Origin: an uncultured Lachnospiraceae bacterium | GTDB taxonomy: Bacteria > Bacillota > Clostridia > Lachnospirales > Lachnospiraceae | NCBI GenBank assembly: GCA_900320345.1 | Contig: ONRZ01000009.1 | Location: forward strand, 3,950 to 67,949 | Direction of reading: 5' to 3' | Length of the DNA: 64,000 nt | Part shown: positions 49,270 through 57,265 of the stretch, in pieces | Position numbering within the stretch: the stretch's first letter is position 1 | Layout: each line of letters starts with the position of its first letter | The notes under the pieces: model-generated | Told to the model about the DNA's origin: nothing | What the model saw: the letters and a program-made list of their open reading frames with translations, nothing else | Databases searched by the model: none | Position numbers and translations under genes: made by a program

Positions 49270-49410
49270 AGATTTCTCCTCTTAGGTTAAGTTAAAATCC
49301 AACAGTTATATTATATTCGCATCAGCGAACAATTACAATAAGTACCTTTCTTAAACATGTTTTCGCCTCCCTTTTTTTCGCAGACAGAATTCGTTCTGTC
49401 TACCTAAAAC

Positions 49411-49449
49411 GACAACGCGGGAATGCTTTCCGCATTCCCGTCGTTAGTC
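49411..49449 (-). terminator. Hairpin terminator downstream of the hydrolase operon
   Basis: Minus strand has a 9-bp core CGGGAATGC-GGAAA-GCATTCCCG with an extended lower stem, followed by GTTTTAGG. Confidence 0.5.
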
Positions 49450-49548
49450 GTAATATCCTTATTCAATTTCAATCATCAGTAAAACAGCCTCCTGACCATA
49501 TCCTCCATGCTGCTCTTTTTCGGTTTTATCTTCTCCTTCGTGAATCTG

Positions 49549-50793
49549 TCAAGACGATCTGTTTTTCCTATCCATCTGCTCTATCCAGTCACAGATAACA
49601 TCTATCGTCAGCTGCCCGTTGCCGACATTGCAGTGGTTCTGGGCATCTTCCTTGTCGGTGAAGAGGCGGAAAGTAAGTGATCTTACGTTTTTGAGCATAT
49701 TGATCTCACGACCGATCAGCGTATAATCAATAAAATGGTCACCATTTGCTCCAAGAATCAGCATATCCTGGGTGATCTTATCGGCTACCGGTGCAAGATC
49801 ATACAGCTTCAGTTTCTTCGCGTAAGAGTATGCGTCCTTCGCCTCATACGCATAGCATCCGTGCTTGATGCCCCAGTCGATGATCGGGGATTTTTTTGCC
49901 TTTTTACCGAAAACAAGATTAAGCATCGGACGGGCATGAAGCTTCATCAATATATGAAAAGCCTTTTGTACATTTGCAGGCTGCATACTTACAAGAATAT
50001 CCTGAAAGCACGGAAATACCGACCATGCGACCACCTTCGTGATCCTCTTATCAAATGCCGCGGCTCTGGGAGCAAGATATCCTCCGAGGGATATGCCGAT
50101 GATTGTCACATCCTCCAGCTTGAAATAGTCAAGGATCTCTTTTACCGGTTTCTCCCACTCGTGAGTAAAGTGCATCCCCTGCTCTCGCATCACGCCGCCC
50201 TGCCCGGGTCCTTCAAACATATATACCTCAAAACCCTTCTCCTGCATATACAGAACGGTAAAGAGAAATTCCTCAAAATAACTGTCGTTTCCGCCATGGA
50301 TCAGGATCGTTCCCTTGCTCTCTCCCTCCGGTACCACATGCATCACGGGAAGTTTCACATTCTCAAACGGAACGTCTGCTCTCTCGATCCTCGGATGATC
50401 ACCCTCAAAGAAATCCGCATAATATTCATAGAAAAGCTCTGTCGCCTTCTCGTAATACTTCTTCTTATCAGGATCTCCGTCATACATGAAGAACTCGCTC
50501 ATCCGGTAGTATGCTATCGCATTTCCTGTTCTGCCCTCTTTCATGGCGGTATCACCCAGACCGATCAGTTCCCGCTTCCAGTCTGCACTGTCATGGATAC
50601 TGCCGGCTATCTTCTGCACATCAGAGAGTTCCCCGCCATCCCAGTTGATGACACGGTTAAGCTGGTAATTGAAGTTCGCCTCATCATTCAGCTGATATAC
50701 GCCTCTTTTCAGAACCACAGGTTGATTTACATCATATTTTTCCATTATAAAAGACCTCCCGTTCATGGTAAGTTCCTTCCTTCCCGCAAACAT
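49549..50793 (-). CDS. Alpha/beta hydrolase (about 400 aa)
   Basis: 414-aa ORF with nucleophile elbow GISLGGY. The start is uncertain (internal ATGs at 50766 and 50745), because the ORF overlaps the upstream gene by up to 62 nt. Confidence 0.7.
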   Translation of the reverse strand: MFAGRKELTMNGRSFIMEKYDVNQPVVLKRGVYQLNDEANFNYQLNRVINWDGGELSDVQKIAGSIHDSADWKRELIGLGDTAMKEGRTGNAIAYYRMSEFFMYDGDPDKKKYYEKATELFYEYYADFFEGDHPRIERADVPFENVKLPVMHVVPEGESKGTILIHGGNDSYFEEFLFTVLYMQEKGFEVYMFEGPGQGGVMREQGMHFTHEWEKPVKEILDYFKLEDVTIIGISLGGYLAPRAAAFDKRITKVVAWSVFPCFQDILVSMQPANVQKAFHILMKLHARPMLNLVFGKKAKKSPIIDWGIKHGCYAYEAKDAYSYAKKLKLYDLAPVADKITQDMLILGANGDHFIDYTLIGREINMLKNVRSLTFRLFTDKEDAQNHCNVGNGQLTIDVICDWIEQMDRKNRSS

Positions 50794-51535
50794 TCTCTAT
50801 CCCCCGTACAAACCTTTCGGGATTAAACGGAGCCAGTCCGCCATGGCCGACACCCGATATCTTTCTGAAGGTCGTATGTGGAAAAGCCTTTCTTATGTAT
50901 TTCACATCCGCCCTGCGGTCCTTTATTTCCTTTTCGGCAATCCAGTATTCTATATGCTTACAATCCGTATGAATGTCCTTCGGCATGGAATAATTGTTAC
51001 AGGATTCAAATGTCCGCCAGATAGTCTTAGCACTGATCATTTTGAGCACCTTCGCCGCGTACTGAACATCCTCTTCCGAGAATTCATCAGTTGAGAAAGC
51101 TTTCTCCAAAAGTTTGGCTCCGCCGATCTTACCTGCGCTTATCACGAGAAAATCCTTTACTGCTATGAGCCTCGTAACGATCCAGGGGAGCTGATAAGGC
51201 GTTATTCCGCCATCTATGACCGCGTTTTGTATATTGATGCCGTTATCCGCCAGCATTCTGGTAGCTATACTGCCTCCCATGGAACAGCCGTACAGACAGG
51301 TCACACATTTAAGTCCGTTTCCTATGAGCCATTTTTCCAGCTCTGATGAAATCTCTTCCACACTTGTAAAATCATCCCTTGCATCCGGATCATATCCGGG
51401 AAGAGCCGGAATGATGAGATGATATTCCTTTTCCAAAAGTGGGATGACATACTCAAAATAATCCCACATCACTATTGACGGATGTATCAGAACAATCGTC
51501 TTATCGTTTTCCTGCCCGAATTCATGAATAGTCAT
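50732..51535 (-). CDS. Alpha/beta hydrolase (267 aa)
   Basis: HPSIV oxyanion region, nucleophile elbow GCSMGGS, and a C-terminal GVGHGG His region. Confidence 0.75.
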   Translation of the reverse strand: MTIHEFGQENDKTIVLIHPSIVMWDYFEYVIPLLEKEYHLIIPALPGYDPDARDDFTSVEEISSELEKWLIGNGLKCVTCLYGCSMGGSIATRMLADNGINIQNAVIDGGITPYQLPWIVTRLIAVKDFLVISAGKIGGAKLLEKAFSTDEFSEEDVQYAAKVLKMISAKTIWRTFESCNNYSMPKDIHTDCKHIEYWIAEKEIKDRRADVKYIRKAFPHTTFRKISGVGHGGLAPFNPERFVRGIENVCGKEGTYHEREVFYNGKI

Positions 51536-51548
51536 TTTAGGTCCTACC

Positions 51549-51722
51549 TTACTTTTCTATAAACTTCAGTATCTCATCTGCCATCCATTCCGGATATGCC
51601 AGTATCTTACCACTTGAACACTGCAAGCCTGTTATTGATGTTCCTGCCTACGATAGCAAACAGTTTTCCGCATATCGAGTATTTCTTCTCATCCAGGTGT
51701 TCTCCTCATGTGCATTCTCCAT
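51549..51722 (-). pseudogene. Possible heavily decayed YjbR/MmcQ-like gene remnant
   Basis: The pieces lie in different frames: MENAHEENTWMRRNTR / ICGKLFAIVGRNINNRLAVFKW* / ...YPEWMADEILKFIEK*. The middle piece resembles the YjbR block VLFAMV...NRPAVSLK. The call is weak. Confidence 0.3.
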
Positions 51723-51923
51723 TTTGCAATCCTTTAATGACCTTATGAAGTTTGGTTAGTTGTCGCTAACCGCTCGTTAATCATATACTCCGCTTTTTGT
51801 GCGGAGTTATAATTTCCTGCTTATGTGATATTGCATTAGTTAGTCTTCGCTAACCTAAACAAAATAACATTTGTTTGTGCTAAAATCAAGACCTCTCGCG
51901 CAAATTGTCAAAAAAATATCTCT

Positions 51924-53037
51924 TTAGACAGTGATCCATTCTTTGACCTCTGCTGCTTTCATAAGTTCTTCTACCAGTTTTCGTTTTTCATACAGCACAC
52001 ACCCGCCGTCGTGATCATCCATCAGTATATCCCCGCTCTGCAGCGCCATAAACAGCGGCGAATGCATGGCTTTTTTAAGTGAAGAATTCCGTATGTTCAC
52101 ATCCGAATAAGGCGAGAACGGACACGGTTCTGCTCCGCCATGAGAGTTGATATGGAAAAATCCCCTGCCGGCAGCCACGCACCCTCCGGAACTCTTCTCA
52201 TCTCCGGGAAATGATATATATACCATCTCAGGCCTCTCTTCCCTGAGCCTTGATATTTCATTCATTAACAATTCCCTGTCGGCATCGTTAAGTACCAGTT
52301 CCCTTCCCTCATCCGTCACCGGCACAAATTCGACAAAGATGACTGCTCTGCAGCCTCTGTCTGACAGATCGCTCAAAAAAACATCCGAGACCACCTCATG
52401 TATATTCTCACTCGTTACCGTAACGGAAGCTCCGAATATGATATCCCGCTTTTTCAGTTCATTCATATTCGCTATCAAACGGTCATACACTCCGGCTCCC
52501 CTTCTTTGATCCGTGCTCTCCTTTTTTCCTTCGATACTCATGATGGGAATAAGATTCCGTTTTTTGTCGAACAGATCAAGATAGTCCTCATCCATAAATG
52601 TACCGTTAGTGAATATGGGGAACAGTATGTTTTTCTTCTTCCCCGCCGCTTCTATCACACCTCTTCTTAACATCGGTTCACCACCGGCAAGCAGGATAAA
52701 GCTGATCCCGAGTTCATCCGCCTCATCAAACACCTTAAACCACTCTTCATCCGTAAGCTGGCTTACGGGCTCCGAATCAACGGTGGCATGGTTGCACCTC
52801 GAATAACATCCGGTACAGTGTACACTTGCTCGTGATGCTGGCGATAAGAAACGGCGGGATATGTTCTCCCGTCTTCTCGGCTTTTTTTCGCTTACCCGAC
52901 GCCAAAGAACTTGCCCTGGCAAATTTAAGCATAAAAGCACTCTCTCTGGGATTCTTTAATGTTGCCTTCAGCGCGTCCGAAACAACCTGCTCCACTCCTT
53001 TGGTCATATATTCCTGGATATCAAATTCTTTTTCCAT
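51924..53037 (-). pseudogene. Radical SAM (SPASM/Fer4-type C-terminus) gene frameshifted inside the CX3CX2C motif
   Basis: Two overlapping track ORFs in different frames (52777-53103 and 51924-52940) together make one radical SAM protein: MEKEFDIQEYMTKG...IPPFLIASITSKC // HCTGCYSRCNHATVDSE...LLAGGEPML... The frames switch at 52813-52825. Confidence 0.65.
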
Positions 53038-53165
53038 TATCGACGATCCTTTCACGATTATTGTCTTTTGCCATATTATATTGCGCGCAATATTTATTGT
53101 CAAGGCTTATTTCCTATATCTTACAGAGAATTTTATGATGCAGCATTAATGGGAATGGGCGAAGT

Positions 53166-54638
53166 TTATCCTTTCTTTCGTTCGTACATCATTTTGTCCG
53201 CTCTTTCAAACACATCCTTAAGGTGCCTGTCTCCCTGTTTGAGGACAGAGTATCCTATCGAAACGACCACGGAATTTTCCTTTATATTATCTTCTACCTT
53301 ACTGTTAAGCTCATCGATAACTTCGAGCATCGAATCGTAGCCCTTGCCCTGAAGTATAACGGCAAACTCATCACCGCCGATCCTGAAAACCGCACCCTGC
53401 TTAAAATACTCACAGATCAGCGAACACGCATCTTTTATCAGTTTATCTCCTGCCGCATGTCCAAAGGTATCATTGACATACTTAAGGCCGTTGATATCGC
53501 CTATCACAACCCCGACATTCTGTATTTCGCCCGCCTGTATATGTCGGTTGATTATCTTCTCGTTTTCGGTGTACGAATGCTTGTTCCTTATCCCCGTTAA
53601 TGAATCCGTATTGGCCATATCCTTAAACGTCCTGCTGGTCTCTTTTTCCTCTTCAAGCATATCATCGGAAAACCTTTTTAACTGAAACAGAAGGATCGTT
53701 GCCAGAGACAACACGGATACCATTGTAAAAATGATCTGATTTCTGCTGTTCTTAATATTTCTGTCACTGATATAACTGATCTTATCCCTGATAACACTGT
53801 CACGGATAAGAACAGCCATCTCCCAACCGGTATCCTGTATCGGAACGTAGCAGAGTGTCTCTTCCGATCTTCCGACATCAAAAGTTATGCTTCCATCCCT
53901 GCCGTTTTCAAAATTCTCATGATTTTCTTCCCAGACATCCTCAGTAACGATATTCTTTAACACATCAAAGAAATTATACTTTAAGATCACAGGTCCCAGT
54001 TCCGTATCTGACAGGTTCACACCGTCTTTCGTATACAGGGCAAAATGAGTCCTGCCCTGATCATCAAATGCAAGAAGATCTACTATATCCTGTATATCAA
54101 GCTGGACAAAGCAGGCCTTAAAGGGCTTGCCCATAAGCGTAAGATCCGGAGTCGGAATGGCCAGACACAGCTGTTTTGAGGATCCGTAGATAGAAACGGT
54201 TGATATCATCCGGCCGTTCAGCTGTTCATCCGCCAGAAAGGAATGACGGCTCCTTCCCGTATAGGTCGTATACTGGGTATATACGATATCATCTTCATCA
54301 ACAAGAGCAAAACGGTTAAGGTTAAGCAATGATTTTACAAGTCCGATGTTATGCCGAAGTTCATCCTGTGAATCGACCTCCTCACCCTTGATCAGTTCAA
54401 CCGCTTTTTCCATCTGATCGAAGTTGCTGTTGATCAGATTTGTGATGGTCCTCGAACGACGGTCTGCCATTGCTTCAAGATAGAATGAACTCACTTCGGA
54501 AACCGCTTCATCCGTAGCGATCCCCGTCTGGTTTGAAGACCATAATGTATTGGCCGTGATCATTGCCATAACAAATATGCTTCCTATTACGGCCGTTAAA
54601 ACGATCGTTCTGTTTGTTATCTTTTTCTTACCGTTCAT
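53166..54638 (-). CDS. Diguanylate cyclase with an extracytoplasmic double-Cache-like sensor domain
   Basis: 490 aa. TM1 (IVLTAVIGSIFVMAMI), a periplasmic region of about 270 aa, TM2 (IIFTMVSVLSLATILLF), then GGDEF (GDINGLKYVNDTFGHAAGD, RIGGDEFAVIL). No RxxD I-site lies upstream of GGDEF. Confidence 0.85.
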   Translation of the reverse strand: MNGKKKITNRTIVLTAVIGSIFVMAMITANTLWSSNQTGIATDEAVSEVSSFYLEAMADRRSRTITNLINSNFDQMEKAVELIKGEEVDSQDELRHNIGLVKSLLNLNRFALVDEDDIVYTQYTTYTGRSRHSFLADEQLNGRMISTVSIYGSSKQLCLAIPTPDLTLMGKPFKACFVQLDIQDIVDLLAFDDQGRTHFALYTKDGVNLSDTELGPVILKYNFFDVLKNIVTEDVWEENHENFENGRDGSITFDVGRSEETLCYVPIQDTGWEMAVLIRDSVIRDKISYISDRNIKNSRNQIIFTMVSVLSLATILLFQLKRFSDDMLEEEKETSRTFKDMANTDSLTGIRNKHSYTENEKIINRHIQAGEIQNVGVVIGDINGLKYVNDTFGHAAGDKLIKDACSLICEYFKQGAVFRIGGDEFAVILQGKGYDSMLEVIDELNSKVEDNIKENSVVVSIGYSVLKQGDRHLKDVFERADKMMYERKKG

Positions 54639-55711
54639 TGAACATCACCATACAACAGTTCAAGCATCTGGGCTGCATCTTCCTGATAGATCACCGTTGT
54701 TATCTCATTTGTCTTTTCCGGGAACAGCTCCCCGGGCTTATTCCCGTCTGCGATCTTAACCGCAACCTGGATCGTATCAAATCCAATCGAATAACAGTCC
54801 TGCACTCCCAGACAATAGATAACTCCGTCCTTCAGATAATGCAGTGCTTCTTCATCATGATCCATGCCTACGATAACGGCGTCACTCTTCTTTTCCGTGA
54901 TCGCCCTGGCTGCACCGACCGGATTACTCATATTACAGCATACTATTCCGTCAAGGTCCGGATCATCCTCCAAAATCTTCAGCGTAAGATCGTAGGCCTT
55001 ATCAACGGAATCCATGTCATATTCAGTTGCCACTATCTCCATATCATCGTACTTTGCGATAGTGTCCGCAGCTCCGCGCGCGCGGTCTTCGTGACACGGG
55101 GCACCTACACTTCCGACAAGGATCGCAACCTTCCCTTTGTGGCCCAGTTTTTTACACAATGCTTCAGTTAAGTCCGCACCGTCCTGATAATTATGGGTAT
55201 TCCCGACATATGCGATCCTTTTACAGCCTTCAGCCGCATCGGAACTTGAGAATGTCATGACTTTTACCCCCGAATCTACCATCTCATCGAGGATAGGAGA
55301 AATGATCTTTTCATCCGCAACGTCTACGCCGATGACATCATAGTCCTTTTTTTCGGCTTCTGAGAGTCTTTCTTTCTGATCTTCGGCAGATGCTCCATCA
55401 GGCGCCATATATTCATATGTGATCCTGATCCCCATATCAAGGAACTGCCGCTGGGCATCTTCCATCCCCAGTGCAACGGCGTCCCACCACGGATGAACGG
55501 TCTTATATGTGAAATAAAAGTTATAATGATCTTTCTTGGGTATATACCGGTCCAGTTCGTGATCGAAATCCACTGCTCCGTTCACTACCTTGGTATTCTT
55601 CGGACGGTTCTCAACAGATGTACTCTCTGTGATCCGCTCAGACGCGCATGCATTTAAAATAAGTACCACCGCCAAACCGGCTAATGATATCCATGTTTTT
55701 TTTGATCTCAT
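54635..55711 (-). CDS. Type-I sugar-binding-protein-like lipoprotein, coupled to the diguanylate cyclase
   Basis: Track ORF runs 54635-55819. I prefer the ATG at 55711 (MRSKKTWISLAGLAVVLILNACAS, signal peptide plus lipobox), after AAAGGATG. Periplasmic-binding fold: VMTFSSSDA, VAILVGSVGAPCHEDR, IVGMDHDEEALHYLKDG. Its stop overlaps the DGC start by 4 nt. No ABC permease or ATPase gene is adjacent. Confidence 0.75.
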   Translation of the reverse strand: MRSKKTWISLAGLAVVLILNACASERITESTSVENRPKNTKVVNGAVDFDHELDRYIPKKDHYNFYFTYKTVHPWWDAVALGMEDAQRQFLDMGIRITYEYMAPDGASAEDQKERLSEAEKKDYDVIGVDVADEKIISPILDEMVDSGVKVMTFSSSDAAEGCKRIAYVGNTHNYQDGADLTEALCKKLGHKGKVAILVGSVGAPCHEDRARGAADTIAKYDDMEIVATEYDMDSVDKAYDLTLKILEDDPDLDGIVCCNMSNPVGAARAITEKKSDAVIVGMDHDEEALHYLKDGVIYCLGVQDCYSIGFDTIQVAVKIADGNKPGELFPEKTNEITTVIYQEDAAQMLELLYGDVQ

Positions 55712-55828
55712 TGCACAATTCACATCCTTTTGCTTCGGCAATCTTTCAGCGTTATTATAGCACATCCTGTCAAGAATACGAAACGAGGGGACGGTTCCCG
55801 TTTCAAAACGCGGAACCATTCCCTCGTT

Positions 55829-57196
55829 TTACATCAAAAATATCATGAGCATAACGAGTGCAAAACCGACTGTAAACGCAAGAGTTCCTTTATCGTTGTC
55901 TCTCTCGGACGCAATATGCGGGATCTCCTCTATTGTAGTAAAGATCAAAGCTCCGCCGGCCACTGCCATGATATACGGAAGCATACCGGGAAACAGCACA
56001 ACAAGCACAATCGTGATCACTCCCAAAAGAGGTATCGGCACACCGGATACTACTCCCATAAAAAATGCTTTTCCGGCGTTGCTTCCCTTTTCCCCGATAG
56101 GAAGAGATACGTAGATCGCCTCCGGGATATTCTGAAACGCGATCGCTATTGCAAGCACTGTCGCTACCGATGAAGATATCCACTCCGTCTTCATAAAATG
56201 TGCCGCATAGATCGCCCCCAATGCAATACCTTCCGGAATATGATGTATCACTTCCGTAAGCATTACCTTTATTTCGGGATCAAGCCTGCTCCTTGGACCT
56301 TCGGTTATTTCGGAATAGACGTGCGTATGAGGGATGATCTTATCCAATATGACCTGAAGTATCACACCCGCAAAGAAACATATCGTCACAGGTATGATGC
56401 CTTTTACATTTGCCTTACCAAGCCCGTCTATAGACGGCTCTATCATTCCCCATACAGCTATCGAAAGCATGATACCCGAGCCGCTTCCGACAAGCACCAT
56501 GCGGACATCTTCAGTGACACGGCTCTTTTTGGCATATATGACGGCAGATCCCAAAAGTGTTCCGATAAGAGGTATGAGCATACCGAATATCGTCTCGTTG
56601 TCGGATAAGGTCTGTGATCTGTCAAGATATGTTATCAGCGAACGAAAACCTATAAAGATCAGTATCGTTCCTCCCATTATCTCCGAACCCGACTTATACC
56701 GGTCGCCGAAAACAGAGCCGATCTTAACACCTGCTGTAGAGATGATAAAAGTTATGATCCCTATAACCGCCACCGCAAAGACAACATTGGGCAGACGTCC
56801 GGATCCCAGCACTTTAACCGGAACAGCCACAAAAGTGATGCCGACGGCCAGAGCATCGATACTTGTAGCCACTGCCATCATGAACATGGTCTTTATATCA
56901 AAACCCGGGGTCACTTCTTCATCCGGCGCAAGCGCTTCTCTTATCATATTTCCGCCGATCAGCGTCAGAAGTCCGAAAGCAACCCATGGCGCTATCATGG
57001 TAATATATTTTTCAAAATTGGCTCCGACCATGTATCCGGCAAACGGCATGATCGCCTGAAAAGCCCCAAACCATACACCACAGGCAAGATATTCTTTTTT
57101 TGTGACCTTTCCGGCTGCAAGGCCTTTACATATGGATACGGCAAACGCATCCATTGCAAGACCTGCCGACAATAACAGCAATTCAAATAATCCCAA
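55829..57196 (-). CDS. Single-ORF fusion of an MntP-type manganese exporter and a ZIP (ZupT-like) metal transporter
   Basis: 455 aa from a TTG start after AAAGGGA. Residues 1 to about 190 are MntP-like (GLAMDAFAVSICKG and TSIDALAVG half-repeats). Residues from about 200 to 455 are ZupT-like (HHIPEGIALG, FQNIPEAIYVSLP, TTIEEIPH). Confidence 0.75.
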   Translation of the reverse strand: MGLFELLLLSAGLAMDAFAVSICKGLAAGKVTKKEYLACGVWFGAFQAIMPFAGYMVGANFEKYITMIAPWVAFGLLTLIGGNMIREALAPDEEVTPGFDIKTMFMMAVATSIDALAVGITFVAVPVKVLGSGRLPNVVFAVAVIGIITFIISTAGVKIGSVFGDRYKSGSEIMGGTILIFIGFRSLITYLDRSQTLSDNETIFGMLIPLIGTLLGSAVIYAKKSRVTEDVRMVLVGSGSGIMLSIAVWGMIEPSIDGLGKANVKGIIPVTICFFAGVILQVILDKIIPHTHVYSEITEGPRSRLDPEIKVMLTEVIHHIPEGIALGAIYAAHFMKTEWISSSVATVLAIAIAFQNIPEAIYVSLPIGEKGSNAGKAFFMGVVSGVPIPLLGVITIVLVVLFPGMLPYIMAVAGGALIFTTIEEIPHIASERDNDKGTLAFTVGFALVMLMIFLM

Positions 57197-57265
57197 CGAT
57201 GATCCCTTTCAATCTTGAAACGGGGAGACTGTTTCCCTGTTCATTTTACATCTTTCCGTAGCCGT

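Larger units (their letters stand above)
47315..49360 (-). mobile_element. Decayed end of an integrative (Tn916-like) element: HTH - Fic - xis remnant - int remnant
   Basis: The xis-then-int order at one end matches the Tn916-family layout. Both genes are truncated. By eye the segment looks more AT-rich than its flanks (not computed). The left boundary is inside the ychF 5' UTR and the right boundary is uncertain. Confidence 0.4.

Noticed and set aside
49381-49401. Perfect 8-bp hairpin AGACAGAA-TTCG-TTCTGTCT, considered as a second terminator.
   Set aside because: On both strands the T run precedes the stem and the A run follows it, which is the wrong arrangement for an intrinsic terminator in either direction. 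I kept only the adjacent hairpin at 49411-49449 as a terminator.
52777-52940. The track start codons of the two radical-SAM ORFs (52940 MLLCLNLPGQ... and 53103 MTINIARN...), considered as independent genes.
   Set aside because: The 52940 N-terminus is out-of-frame read-through of the upstream half. The 53103 start adds 22 residues with no SD, whereas the ATG at 53037 follows GAAAGGA. The pair is better explained as one frameshifted gene.
57197-57265. I looked for a yybP-ykoY manganese riboswitch upstream of the MntP-ZIP fusion.
   Set aside because: The intergenic region is only 69 nt. It contains a GGGGAGA-like string but none of the four-helix architecture I would expect. I cannot support an RNA element here without a covariance-model search.
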